A DNA stretch of 64,000 nucleotides, filler included, from Hyphochytrium catenoides (Eukaryota; Protista; Hyphochytriomycota): the NCBI GenBank assembly GCA_900088475.1. It is 14 parts of 14 records of this genome, joined end to end, with 100 filler letters (N's around TTAATTAATTAA, not from the genome) between each part and the next. Parts side by side here need not be neighbours in the genome. Positions count along the whole stretch, not along the records: positions 36,012 to 41,873 come from FLMG01002976.1; positions 41,974 to 43,328 come from FLMG01000922.1; positions 43,429 to 48,398 come from FLMG01003826.1; positions 48,499 to 53,574 come from FLMG01003561.1; 10 more parts are not named here. One strand, 5' to 3'. The notes beneath the pieces are model-generated. The model had not been told where the DNA came from and ran no database searches. It saw only the letters and a program-made list of their open reading frames with translations. Both the position numbers and the translations under genes were made by a program. How positions within the stretch are numbered: the stretch's first letter is position 1; each line of letters starts with the position of its first letter. Of this stretch, positions 39,092 to 52,333 are shown one piece after another.

Positions 39092-39628
39092 TTGTCTAGG
39101 GCATATACAAAGGAGCGACAGGTTGACGTGGCCATTATTGACGCATGGATGCTAATGCTGTCGCAGTATCTTTCGGAGTTTGTTTTTTATCGAGTGCACG
39201 GGTCTAGCTGCTTACCGATGATAGACTATACAGATCTTGAGCAAATTCTAGTTCCTGTCCGGTTAGAGGAAAGTGATCCACCTCACTTCGTGTTCTTCTT
39301 CGTCAAAGAGAGCAAAATACACCTGATCAATAGCTCCCACGATCGCGACTCGGTCGTTGGCGACTGCCTGAAGATGCTGACTGGGACCATTAAAGAACAC
39401 CAGGTGCAAGCAGGAAAGACAATACGGTGCCCTAAGCAGGACAACGACAAGGATTGTGGCATCCTCCTTTGCATCACCGCTTACTATATCGCTTGCCGTG
39501 GTGCTAAATTATCTATTAGGTATGACTTGAGTGAGCAGCAGGAGAGATGTGTTTATAGAGAATGGCCCGTCCTCATCCTCATACACTTTCTCCTATCCGT
39601 CACTTGTTATAAACCTATCTCAGGCTGA
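39092..39628 (+). CDS. Ulp1/SENP-like (peptidase C48) cysteine protease domain, probably transposon-associated or a single exon
   Basis: Motifs occur in the C48 order: AIIDAWM, ILVPV..PPHF (His), IHLINS (Asn at the usual Asp position), CPKQDNDKDCG (oxyanion Gln and catalytic Cys). Confidence 0.7.
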   Translation: MSRAYTKERQVDVAIIDAWMLMLSQYLSEFVFYRVHGSSCLPMIDYTDLEQILVPVRLEESDPPHFVFFFVKESKIHLINSSHDRDSVVGDCLKMLTGTIKEHQVQAGKTIRCPKQDNDKDCGILLCITAYYIACRGAKLSIRYDLSEQQERCVYREWPVLILIHFLLSVTCYKPISG

Positions 39629-41140
39629 CTAGTAAGAAGTAGCCTACCCTACTAGAAGACCTTCAGATTAATAACTTGTTTCGTGGCATCTCGAGGACCT
39701 CTAATCCTTGATCTTGCCTTTGATTGATGAAACAGCAGGTCTAAGTTGGTACATGGTGCATCATGCGATACCTATGCTAGCGCTAATATGGCTTACGGCT
39801 TCGTCAAGTGCCCATCATCTTCATTCCCTTTGCGCTCCGTGGCTGATAACGTAACGACCGTATTCCCCATTACCCACACACCATGGTGATAAGCGGTGTC
39901 CCGTCTCAAGGAGCGTCGAAAGGGCCGCTTCTATGGCTTTTGTTTTGCTGCTTGCTGCAGTCCGTTAGATATCTGCGAACTTCGCATTTCTTGGGCCAGA
40001 GCGATATAACGGGGAGGCATTGGATGATGATGCTTTGACAGAATGGCTCATGCTGCGAGCTTACAGCTTCACGACAGAAAAGTCGGCCCTGCCCTTCCTA
40101 CGCCGCGTCAAGCTCCTTGGTCAGCGGGAGGAACATCGGCATGCCAAGCAGAAGGGACTGTTGTGGGACTGTGGCTATCAGTGCTTTGGGGAAAGAGAAG
40201 GCCCTAATGGAAATCCAGCAGATGTCTTTGTTTTATCTTGGAAGGCGTTAGGTAAGTCAATGCGCCTTCTTACTTGACCTCCCCATCATTTTCTAACATC
40301 GCCTACAACTGACCCAGGGGATAACGAAGCAGAAGTCGCCTTTCGCTTGTTGAGATCGAAGGTCAATGTGGAGGCATATCTTGCCTATGACGACAACTAC
40401 CATCATGTAGACTTTCAGAAGAACTAGTTTTATAAGAAAAACGCGCATACCCGCATTTTGATCACGAGGCCAAGGTAAGGCTACGTAGAGATAGCGGTTG
40501 TAACAGTAAGTGGCATTCGGCCTTTGTATTATTGCAAACCCAATGCAGTGGCGGCGTCGTAGCATTTCTTAAGTGGAAGGCGTCGGCTCTTTCACGTGCT
40601 TATGCAATGCTCTAGTACGTGTAAGCTTGATGCCGAACATGTATGTAAGCTCGACGATGGTGTTACGTACCCAAGTATGGAAAAAAGTGAATGTGAATAG
40701 GTTCTAGAGCATGGTTTCGACTCGGTTCGGAGGAGCATCACGTCATACAAGTATCTAAAGGGTCAAAATTCTTGGTCCTGTAAGGAACTTTCAAAAGTAC
40801 GCGGTGGACAGTGATGGCGTTCTCGTATAGAAATGGAACCCAACCAACTCCCCAAGACAGATGGAAGACTTTATTAAAAATTTTCTCTTCAAGAATGTAA
40901 AAATTGCTTTGGATTCTGACGAAGAGGCTGCTGCTGCTGAGGATGATGATCGATGATGAAGCCGGCTTTATCCATGATGTCGCCGAGCGCTTTCACAGTC
41001 CTCCTTCTTCTTCTACTCCTACTCCAGGAGTATCTCCCTCCTCCCTCTTCGCTCCTGATCTACCTCTCTCTGCCCTTGTCCTATCGTCTTAGTGTGATTG
41101 GGTTGAGGGGGGGGNNNNNNNTGCAAGGGTTGATACTTAA

Positions 41141-41371
41141 GTACTTTACACTATAAGTACTATTAGAGCATCCCTCCTTTGGGTAGTCCAGGTACAAGTA
41201 CCTATGGAGATGAGGTACGATTATACAGGGAGAGTACAAATACAAGTACAAGGATAAGTACATAATAAGGATAAGTACAAGTACAGGGATAATAAGTATA
41301 TTATAAGTACAGGGACAAGGACGACAAAGAGTTGGCTATGTTCTGTCGGACTAAGCTATAGTGTGAAGTAC
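41141..41371. mobile_element. MITE-like element with 15-bp imperfect TIRs and internal AAGTAC reiterations
   Basis: GTACTTTACACTATA (41141-41155) versus the reverse complement of TATAGTGTGAAGTAC (41357-41371), 1 mismatch. There are N gaps close by on both sides. Confidence 0.45.
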
Positions 41372-42464
41372 GTTACCCCGACNNNNNNNNNNNNNNNNNN
41401 NNNNNNNNNNNNNNNNNNNNNNNNNNNNNNNNNNNNNNNNNNNNNNNNNNNNNNNNNNNNNNNNNNNGGAGGCACAGAAGAATGGCCAAAAGATCATCAA
41501 CAGCATCATCGCCCACTCTGAAACTTTACATCGCGTCGTCACCACCCTCCTGGCTGCTGAGGCCGCCTAACAATTCGCGCAGTAGTAAGGAAAGGAAAGG
41601 ACATTCAGTCTTTAGCGAACTCTCTGCTTGCTTACGACAGTGCGGGACTGATGGCGGCGGAGGAGAAGCAGCAGAACGAAGGAGTCAATCATCATCATCG
41701 CAAGTTGCGCAGTTATTAGCGCACGAACAACAATGAAGAGGAGGCTGCGAAGCGGGATCATTGCCGGTCTTGTTATCATGGTAGCAGCAGTCGTCTCTGC
41801 AAGCGCTTCACTGCCACCACCGACTGATCTTGGATGTGTGGACATTGACGACTGTAACGGGGATGTGGAGCTCNNNNNNNNNNNNNNNNNNNNNNNNNNN
41901 NNNNNNNNNNNNNNNNNTTAATTAATTAANNNNNNNNNNNNNNNNNNNNNNNNNNNNNNNNNNNNNNNNNNNNTCCATCTGCGGACAGACAAGAGATCAG
42001 CATCCAGATCTGCGAGAGACAACATTGGCTTTTACGGGGGACGGAGAAAGACAAACTCTTTCTTCCTCTCACACAGGGAATAACCGGCTATTGGTTTCTC
42101 TCTCTCGCCTTTTTAGCTCAAGGACAGCAGAGAGAAAACAGGGAAGAACGAAGCAAGAGAGACGAGAGACACAGAAGGACGGCGGAGACACTTGTACAGC
42201 AAAGAAGGCCCAGCAAAAGAGAGAGAAAGAGAGAGAGAGAAAGAGAGAGAGGTGATCAAACGATCGCGGACAGAACAAGAGCAAGAAAAGGCAGAGTCTC
42301 TCCCCCTAACTACAACCCCCAGAGGATCCCACGAGAGAGACAAGGAGATAAGCGGCAGCATCCCACTGTCTCTTCCTGTCCAACGAGGAAAAAGAGAGAG
42401 AGGACGACTGAAAGAGAGAGAGAGAGAGAGAAAAGAAAGAGCCGCCGCCACTCTTTCAGGAAGA

Positions 42465-42880
42465 ATGTTTGACGACAATCGGAAGATCGGGACAATGCTC
42501 TTGGCGTTAGGCTTTCTTTTTCTCTTTCTCGGCGTCATTCTTCTTTTCGACGCGGCGCTTCTTGCCATCGGAGACATTCTCTTTCTTTCGGGACTGACGC
42601 TAACTATCGGCACACAGCGGACCGTCAAGTTCTTTACAAGGAAAGAAAGATGGCGCGGAATCGTTTGTTTTCTGGGAGGCATTCTTCTCGTGCTTCTCCG
42701 GTGGCCAATTCTCGGGATGTGCCTGCAGTTTTTCGGATTTTTGAATCTTTTCGGATCTTTCTTCCCCGTGGCGGTCACGTTTGCCCGCGCGACGCCTGTT
42801 CTGGGTACAATTCTTAGTGTTCCGGTCATCTCCGGCGTCGTGGATCGGTTAGCGGGCGTTAATAAGAGGCTGCCAGTGTA

Positions 42881-42881
<1 letters not shown>
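42465..42881 (+). CDS. GOT1: Got1/GOLT1 Golgi vesicle transport membrane protein, 138 aa, intronless CDS
   Basis: MFDDNRKIG...GVILLFDAALLAIGDILFLSGLTLTIG...RGIVCFLGGILLVLLRWPILGM...GFLNLFGSFFP is the Got1 family pattern with four TM segments. Confidence 0.93.
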
Positions 42882-42946
<65 letters not shown>

Positions 42947-43728
42947 GAGAAGGAGGGGGGATTGAGAGCGGGGTTTATGGTTGATGAAAGAATAGAAGAC
43001 GTCTCTTCCAAGTGAAGGTTCTCTCCCGATATCCCTCTTTCTCTGCTCTCTTTCTCCCCTTCTCTCTCTCTTTTTTATTCTTCTTCTTCCTGCTCTGGTG
43101 TTCGTCGGGGTGCATATACTCTCTTCTCTTGTCTATGGCCACTGTGTATGCTAATGTTAGAAAGCTTTAGGCGACAATGCTCTGCTTTTCCTCGTCTCTT
43201 TCTCTCTCCTTTTTCTCTCTCTCCTTTCGTCTCTCGAGCTGGACCCCCTCACCCGCCCTTCCTCTCCTGGGTCTGCTGTCTCTAACCCTAGTGAGCCGGG
43301 TGACAGGAACGCACAGTGACATTATAACNNNNNNNNNNNNNNNNNNNNNNNNNNNNNNNNNNNNNNNNNNNNTTAATTAATTAANNNNNNNNNNNNNNNN
43401 NNNNNNNNNNNNNNNNNNNNNNNNNNNNGAGAGAGAGAGAGAGAGAGAAAAAGATGAAGGGGAGAGCGAAAGAAGTAAGGAGAGAAGAGAGAGAACCGAG
43501 AGAGAAAGCAGAAGAGACAAGAAAGGGAGAGAGAAAAGCAAGAGAAGAGAGACAGAAAGAGAAAGATATAGAGATGGAGAAAATCGAGAACTAAAGAGAG
43601 AGAGAATGGGAGGGGAAAGAACAGAGAGGGGACGAGAAAGAGAGAGAGCGTGGAGGAGAGAGAAGAGAGAGTGGGAGAGACTCTGGATAAAAAAGAAAGA
43701 CTGCGCCAGAGCGAGCGAAAAAGCGAGC

Positions 43729-43768
<40 letters not shown>

Positions 43769-43771
43769 AAC

Positions 43772-44128
43772 TCTTAGGAGTATCGGGTTGAAGACTTCAT
43801 ATCTTCTGCTGGTAAGTTCCTTGAGAGAGGAAATGGTGTCTGTGCTGTGCTGGTGATAGATACGAGTTGCCTCCTCTCTCTTCTTCTCATTCTAGGGGTA
43901 CAGAGGAAGAGAGAGAGAGAGACCCAAAGAGAAAGAGAGAGAGAAATGAGAAAGGGGGAAAGAAAGAAAGAGAGGATAAAATATATGAGTCCATAGCAAG
44001 CATGGCTGACTTATAAATAGAGGAAAGACAAAGAGGTTCTAAGATTGTGCAGAAAGGGAGAGAAGAGAAGAGAAAAGAGAGAGAGAGAAAGAGAGAGAGA
44101 GAGCGAGCGAGAGCGAGCGAGAGTGAGC

Positions 44129-44161
<33 letters not shown>

Positions 44162-45070
44162 CGAGAGAAAGAGAGAGAGAGAGAGAAAGAGAAAGGAGAG
44201 AGAGAGAGAGAAAGGAGAGAGAGAGAGAGGCGAACTCTCACCGACGAGTATTTCTCGATCTGCTTCTGAGTATCCTTCTGTCCTTTCTGTTGACGGTGAA
44301 GCTGCTCCTCCTTTAATTTCTTAAGCTACAGAGTGAGAGAGTCAGAACGAGAGAGAGAGGAAACAGAGAGAAAGAGACCGAGAGAGAGAGAAGACAGAGA
44401 GAAAGAGACCGAGAGAGAGAAACAAGAAGAGAGACGAAGTAAGGTAAGAGAAGGAAACATTAACTAAGAAAGAGACAGGATTGAAGAATAGAAAGCAGAT
44501 GACGAACATGCAAGAATGATCCTTCTCTTTCTGTCTTCAATGCTTTCTCTCTCTCTTTCTTTCTCTCTCTCTCCCTTTCGCATCTTACCTTTCTCTCATA
44601 GTGGTCATGCTTCATTCGGCTCTCGTTGAACTCTTCCACTTTAGTCTGGGGACGAAGTTATTTGACAGAAGATGAAGAAGAAGAAGAAGAGAGAGAGAGA
44701 GAGAGAGNNNNNNNNNNNNNNNNNNNNNNNNNNNNNNNNNNNNNNNNNNNNNNNNNNNNNNNNNNNNNNGAGAGAGAGAGAGAGAGAGAGAGAGAAAACT
44801 CACGTGTGCGATATCGAAGAGCTGTCCCCACTGCGCTACTGGGTCTAGCACTCCCTTGGAATATACTTGTGTCTAGAGGGAGAGAAAGGAAGAGAGAGAG
44901 CGAGCGAAAGAGAGAGAGAGAAAGACACACCAAGAGAGACAGAAAGAACAAATTAGGAAACAAGTTGACAGAATCAAAAAGGGGAAGAAGGTAGGACACA
45001 GAAGCTTGTTATGAGAAGAGAGAAAGTGAGACGGAAGGGAGAGAAAGGGCGAGAAAGATTTCAAGACTGA

Positions 45071-45124
<54 letters not shown>

Positions 45125-45406
45125 CGACAGGTAGAAAGAGAAGGACAGAAACCCAGACAGAGGGAAGAGAAAAAGAGAGAGAGAGAGAGAAAGAAAGAAA
45201 GAAAGAAAGAGAGAGGGAGAGAGAGAGAGAGAGAGAGAGAGACTCTTCTCACCCAGTGCGCCCCCAGCTTCTCATTGATGGCAATGGAAGAGTCATTCAG
45301 CTCTTGGACGACTGTCTTCCATTGAGGAGAGAGAGACGTGTCGTCCGAGAACTGATAAAGAGCCTGAACGCTATTATTTAGCTCCCGCGCGGCCTGGTGC
45401 ATGGCT

Positions 45407-45437
<31 letters not shown>

Positions 45438-46037
45438 ATGTGAGAAAGAGAGAAAGAGTGTATGTTGTATGAAGTGAGAGAGGGAAGAGAGAGAGAAAAG
45501 GACAGAGAAAGAGACAGAGATAGAGACGGAGAGAGAGAGAGAGAGAGAAAGAGAAAGAGAGAGAGGGAGAAAGAAAGAGAGAGAGAGAAGGAGATTTTGC
45601 CGGAACAAGCTTGAGGGAACACTAAGGAAAGGGAGAGAGAGAGAAGAGCTAAGTCGGGTGCGGAGAGAAAAGAGAACGAACTGTGTGTGTGAGAGAGAGG
45701 GAGAGGGAGAGAAAGAGAGAGAAGAGAGAGAAAGAGGGAGAAAGAGAAACTGTCTCCCCCACCATTGAAGGCATGCTGATAGCTCTCAAGAGAGACGGCG
45801 ACGCCGCGGACGAGTCTCTCCACGTTCTCAAACGTTTGATTTGCTTGGTCAAAGCTAACATTCGGACTGGGCTTCCGCATCCCGATGGAGTTTTTTAACT
45901 AGAGAGAGAGAGAGAGAGTGAGAGAGAGAGTGAGAGATAGAGTATGACAAAAAGAGTGAAAGAGAGAGATAAAGAAAGGAAGAGAGAGAGAGTGACAGAG
46001 AGGGAGAGCGCGAAGGAACGAGGGAAAGAAGAAAGAA

Positions 46038-46072
<35 letters not shown>

Positions 46073-46310
46073 ACGTGAGATATGAGAAGAAGACAGAGAG
46101 ACGGAGATCAATGAGAGAGAGAAAAAGAGGGAGAGGGGGAAGAGAGAAAAGGGAGGCCAGGAAGAGAGAGGATTGCGTGTGCGCCAGAAGGAGAGAGAGA
46201 GAGATAGCGTGGATGTTAAAAAAAGAGTGAGAGAGAGAGAGAGAGAAATGAAATAGAGAGGAGACTGGGGCGATTACCTTGAGCTCCGTCATCTTCATTG
46301 CGGACGACAT
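43772..46310 (-). CDS. BAR-domain (amphiphysin-like) protein, 3' truncated
   Basis: In-phase GT-AG exons at 46310-46278, 45898-45763, 45404-45253, 44872-44804, 44645-44589, 44325-44242 and 43891-43772. The product is all-helical, with FDQANQTFENVE, VLDPVAQW, RMKHDHYERKLKKL and EKKREEATRIY..LKEL..RYEVFNP. Confidence 0.75.
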
Positions 46311-46620
46311 CTTTCTCTTCTCTTTCCTCTTCTTTCCCTACTTCTTCCCTAAGCACCGTAGCTCTCTCCTTCTCGGTCTTCCCGAACGACTTTCTCTCTC
46401 TCTCTCTTTCTCTTCTCTCTTTTTCAAAGCTCTCAGCAATTGGAGCTTGTCTTTGCGAGAGAAATCTCAAGACTTAGGGAGAGAGGCAGCTGCGCGGCGC
46501 GGGAGGTGGGAGACACGGACAAGGAGAGAGAGAGAAAGAGAGAGAGAAGACAGGGAACACGGAGAGAGAGAGGGAGAGGACAGAGAGAGAGAATGGGCAG
46601 CTCACTAAAGTAAAGTGCTT

Positions 46621-46654
<34 letters not shown>

Positions 46655-47091
46655 GCGTGAACGAGAGAGAAGGGAAAGGGAACAGCGGAGAGGTTGGAAG
46701 AAAGGTGCCGTTATTATAGTGTGAAAGCTTGGAGGTGAGAAAGATACAGACGGTACAGCTAGAGAGGTACAGAGAGAGCGAGAATGGAGGGGAGAGAGAG
46801 AGAGAGTAAAAGCGAGAGAGAGANNNNNNNNNNNNNNNNNNNNNNNNNNNNNNNNNNNNNNNNNNNNNNNNNNNNNNNNNNNNNNNNNNNNNNNNNNNNN
46901 NNNNNNNNNNNNNCTCACCTCTCATCTCTCTGTCTCTCTCTGTCTCTCTCTATGTCTCTCTCTGTGTCTCTCTCTCTCTCACTTTGTCTCTCACTCTCTC
47001 TGTGTCTCTCTCTCTCTCACTTTGTCTCTCACTCTCTCTCTGTCTCCTGTCTCTCTCACTTTCTCTCTCACTCTCTCTCTCTCGGTGTGTG

Positions 47092-47135
<44 letters not shown>

Positions 47136-47613
47136 CAGAGCTTAGTGGGAAGAGTTTGTAACTCCCAAGTCAAATCGTAATATATAAATCTCAAACACCA
47201 GACGAAAAGGATAATACAATTTCGATACCAGTACTTTTCTTAGAATAATCCTTCCCAAAAGAGGAAAATAGACAGTTCCCAAATTGGCTTCACATAGGCG
47301 TAGTTACTAGCTTTCGGTTATCGAGATATTGTGTGACTGATCCCAGGTCCTCGATAAATTCTCTGCGTCTACTTGCGATTTATAAGTTTATTGGATTTTT
47401 ATAAATCTATTCTCGGTTTTATTGCCTTTTTTCAGGACGATTTCTAGTATAATTCTTTATTATGATGAGGCTTCACTTCTTCGTGACTCTTCTTTCTTTT
47501 TTTTTTCTTCTTCTTCTTCTTCTTTGTCTAGCACTGGGCGAGCATTCTCTATAGAGATGGATGAGTCGCTAGAAGATCAGAGGGAAAGAAAGAGATAGAT
47601 AGAAGAGAAGAAA

Positions 47614-47665
<52 letters not shown>

Positions 47666-48555
47666 AGAAGAAGAAGAAGAAGAAGAAACATACAGAATGC
47701 TCCTTCTTCTTCTTTCTTTTTCCGTCATTCTCGTCTAGAGTACGGGTCTTCTTCTCCTCTTCATAGTTCTGAAGCTTAACTATTGGTCCTTTAGAAGCCT
47801 TTGGGGACAGAAATATGGTCCAGACATCCGATTCCCAACTTTTTCCAGAAGCACTAACTACCGTCGTTTGTCTATTTCTCCTTCTCTCTTCTTCTTCATC
47901 TTCCAGCACTGACTGATGATGATTCTTAGGCCTCATTCTATTTGCTTCTTTACTATGAAGGTCGGCGCAAGGCAATAGAGAGAGAGAGAAATCGGAGATT
48001 TTTCATAGGAACCAAACAGTAGCACTTATTTCCCTGGCCAAGAGGGGAAAAGGATATGAAGGAAGAACAATTGATAGAAAAGAGGAGTCGACAGTACCAA
48101 CAACCAAGTAAAAATAAGAAGAAGTTAGCAGACAGGACCCTAAGCAGGAAGAGAGACACGAGAGAATAGAGAGAGAAGAAGAGAGAGAAATTTAGACAGA
48201 GAGAGAACGGCGAGCCTGGCAGAACAGAAAGGGGAGGCAGACAACAAGAGAGAGAGAGAGAGAGAGAGAGAGTGAGAGTGAGAGTGAGAGAAAGAGATGG
48301 AGAATGGGAGAGAGAGAGAGAGAAAGAAGAAGAGAGAGAAATGTAGAGGAAAGGGCGAGCCTAGCCGAACAGGAGGGAGACAACAACAAGAGAGAGAGNN
48401 NNNNNNNNNNNNNNNNNNNNNNNNNNNNNNNNNNNNNNNNNNTTAATTAATTAANNNNNNNNNNNNNNNNNNNNNNNNNNNNNNNNNNNNNNNNNNNNTC
48501 AAGTGTAGTCCATTCTGCCTACCGCTGAACTGCACTGTATCCTTTGATGGTTCAG

Positions 48556-48818
48556 GTAGTATTGGGGCTGGCTTGTTGGCGGTGGTGGTCACACAGCCTG
48601 TGGATACGGTGAAGACTGTGATGCAGGGAAGTGCCTTAGAGGAGCGCCCTCCTTCACTGCTGGCAACTGTGAAGCAAATTGCACAAAAATCGAGTTGGAG
48701 AGGTCTTTACAAGGGCATGCTTCCTCGATCTCTCCGCCTTATTGGTGCAACCTTCATCCTCTCGAATGCAAGAGAGGTTTTGGAGAGGAAAGCGATCGAT
48801 CTTAAGTTGTCAAGATGA
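48556..48818 (+). CDS. Mitochondrial carrier (SLC25) terminal exon
   Basis: AGLLAVVVTQPVDTVKTVMQ (Px[DE]xx[KR]) ... WRGLYKGMLPRSLR, preceded by a CAG acceptor. Confidence 0.9.
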
Positions 48819-49222
48819 CAAATGAGGACTATCAGTTTCAGACTTCAGATCCTCTGTCAGGTCCTCGAACCACCATCTGCACATGTGCTTTCTTCCTATA
48901 TCTCTCTCCGACCTCTTGCCCCACATTAGGTCTTTCTTATCAGCAAGGATATCTGTACCGCATTCTCCACCACTATTAATCTGATACAATTATCACTAGA
49001 AAAAATATGGTTGAGAACCTTCCATCCTACTCGGGTCCTAGAGGTGTAATTGGGCAGCTATGAGGCTCATGACAGAGGATCGTGTTGTCAGCAAGATAAT
49101 CAAATCCACTATACTCAATTTATCCTCAGACAATCCCTAACTCGCTTTCTGCTTCTTCTCCCTTTCGGTTGCACTTTCCATCTTCCTGCTCTACTAATGT
49201 TATCAGGGATAATAGATCCCGC

Positions 49223-51595
49223 TTAAGCATGCGCTCTGTAGGTGCTGTTGTCGCCAAACCTCTCAACCCACTGCCGGTTGGCAAACTTATCACCGGTCCA
49301 GGACCTTTGATAGTACTTCTTAGGATCGAAGGAGGCTGGATCCTGAATTCTTTTCTCTAGCTCAGGCTGTTTATCAAAAAATGCAAGAGGATATGTGATT
49401 AGAAAAGAAAAAGGAAGTGCCATGTCTAAAGGGAAGCATCGCAAGAGAAGGAAGCATTGCAAGAGCACTATCTGAGTAACAGACGATACCGTCAATGCAA
49501 TAGCGGCAAATGAGGGTGTCCAAACAAAAGAAAACTTGGGAGGTAATCATTAAACGACTTACCCTGAAGCGTCTGATGAGCCCCTGTACCGGCCATGCGG
49601 CTGCGTCACCTAGAGCGCAAATGGTGTGGCCCTCAATTTGGCGAGAAATCTCCTCCAACATCGGGATCTCCTCCATATCTGCATCTCCTTGTTCAATTCT
49701 GTGAAGGATGCTTTCCATCCACCCTGTGCCCTCACGGCATGGAGTGCACTGACCGCACGATTCGTGTTGGTAGAAGTGAGACAGACGACGAATGGCCGCC
49801 ACCATATCCACTAAAGATCAAAAATGTTTACAACCATACGGCAACATTAGCGCTTGGAAGATTTGGGGGAGACACGTCCCATAGGGAAGACCGCCTACCG
49901 GACTTGTCAAAGATTGTCACCGCGGCAGTTCCCAAGCCAGAGCCTCCTCTGTTCTTGAGATCATCGAAGTCCATTCTACGAGGGCAGAACAAAGTATATT
50001 TTTTCAGATGGTAATATGTAAAGAGCGGCCTCATCGCCTTGTGAGGCTTATAAAGCTGGCTGGACAAAAAAAATTGATCTTACAGGATGTCCTGGCAGGT
50101 CTCCTCGTCCATCACCGGAACAGACGAGCCTCCTGGAATGCATGCCTGGAGGTTGCTCCAACCGCCCCTCACTCCCTTGCAATGGCGTTCGATGAGCTCC
50201 TTAAGAGGGATGCTCATTTCCTCCTCAACCTAGCCGAGTTAGGTCCAGACGGAGAAGGTATAAGAGAGAACAAGCGCACAGGATTAGATGAGCCTATATC
50301 AATAATCCTCAAGAAAAATTATAGAATGATGATTTCAAAGCAGGAACCTAACCGGATAACAAGGTTCTTCTGCCCGTACGCCAGCAATAGAATGTAGAGC
50401 TTGATAGCGAGAAGACAGAGAGTTAAGAATAGGCTTGGGCACACAGTCAACCTACCACGCATGGGTTGTTTACATGACCAGAAATACAGAAAAGCTTTGT
50501 GCCGTGGTTGTTCTTCGCTCCAAAGCTTGCAAACCACTTAGCTCCCCGTCGCAGAATCGTCGGAGAAACGGCTACTGTCTCAACATTGGTGACCGTCGTA
50601 GGGCAACCATACAGTCCGACGTTGGCCGGAAACGGAGGTTTCAGTCGCGGCTTTCCCTGTCTGCCTTCAAGAGATTCAATCAAGGCTGCGGCGTTCAACG
50701 TTTACGGTTAGCGCATTTCTTTCTATCCCGACCCTCAAATTAGGTTCACACCAGTCTCCTCTCCGCAGATGTAGGCTCCAGCACCACGGTGAAGGTAGAC
50801 ATCAAAGTCATAGCCGCTGCCGCAGGCATTTTTCCCAAGGAAGCCCTGCTGGTAAGCCTGAAGACACAGAATAAAAACAGTTGCTTCAGCGGCATTTGAT
50901 AGCTCGATAACAGGCAAGATTTACCTCGTGGATTGCCTCATCTAGAATCACAGCCTCATTGAAAAACTCTCCACGGATATAAATGTAAGCGGCTCTTGCT
51001 CTCATAGCAAAACCTGCGAGAAGGCAGCCCTCCACAAGCTTGTGGGGATCCTTACGCATGATCTCACGATCCTTGCACGTGCCCGGTTCTGACTCATCAG
51101 CATTAACCACCAAAAAGCTCGGCCTGAGGCAGAAATCAAAATAAGTACTGAGACAGTCGAAGAGGCAGAGCGTATTCTCTCCAACCTGCCGTCAGACTTT
51201 TTGGGCATAAATGACCACTTGAGCCCAGAGGGGAAGCCAGCACCTCCTCTTCCTCGAAGACCAGAGTCTTTAATCTCCTGAATAATCCATTCGGGACCCA
51301 TGCACATAATATCCTTCGTTTTATACCAATCACCGCGCTTGACAGCGTCCTTCACTCTCCATGACTGTTCCCCATACAAATTAGTGAAGATACGATCTTC
51401 ATCCTTAAGTCCGCCGTAGACTCGGGTCATGGCGGGCTCTTCCGGTTTAGGAGGAGCTGTACTGAGACATCTCAGACTAGAATGATGGGAGACTGAAGAA
51501 AGAAACGGTTAAGCAAGGCAAGCCCTCGAACATCAAACATAATATTTACCTCCATGCCGGAGCTTCCTTGAGATGACTGCTGCCCGGCCCTGCAT
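49223..51595 (-). CDS. NDUFV1: NADH:ubiquinone oxidoreductase 51-kDa flavoprotein subunit (NuoF), complete, 9 exons
   Basis: Exons at 51595-51550, 51492-51186, 51123-50925, 50857-50752, 50685-50456, 50229-50084, 49975-49899, 49810-49563 and 49366-49223. Motifs: [75 protein letters not shown]. It has a transit-peptide-like N-terminus. Confidence 0.98.
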
Positions 51596-52243
51596 CTTTC
51601 CTAATACCACTATCTATTGTTAAGAAGAGCAAAACAACTCACGAACCCACACATCTAGGCTAATCTACTCACCTACTTAGGTGCTGAAGCTGCCTCTTCA
51701 GGAAGGCGTCCTCTCCTGAAAGTCCTCAATAGAAGAGTAAGGACGCAGATTGAAAGCGCTTTTCCGCGCAGATCTGGAGTTGCAGTTCTTTGGTGATGAA
51801 GCTTTCTGGAGCTGTACGCACTCCCCTATCACTACTGCTAGTCGCCATTTAGACGATTTGCCGGCAGATGACAGGGCAGTAGAGAGGCAGTGAATGATTG
51901 CAATGTAGGTGAAATAGGCGTTAACAAGAGAAAAAGTCACTAAGTTTGACATAGAGCCGTTAACGGTAGGTGGGTGTTAAAAGTGGACTGTCTTTAGAAG
52001 TTGACTGGGTCTTTTTATCAGTACAATTAGTAATTAGCAGTGTAACATTGTGTTGCTGCTTTCTACGACGAGCTTGAAGGATAAAATAGGTGACGGCATT
52101 GTGGTTGGTGATCCATCTCCTGCTCCTCCTCCTTCTTCTCCCTTTATTATCACTGAGGAGATCAACTATGATTCATCCTTTACTGATGAGGAGCGTGGAG
52201 GAGATCGAGCTGAGGACGAGACCAAAGCGTTTTAGCTATTTTC

Positions 52244-52333
52244 TTTTTCTCTTCTTCTTCATCCTCTTCTTCTTCTCCTTCTTCTTCTTCTTCTCCTTCT
52301 TCCTCTTTCTTCTTCTCCTTCTTCTTCTTCTTC
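52244..52333 (+). repeat. (CTT)n imperfect microsatellite
   Basis: Direct observation. Confidence 0.85.
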
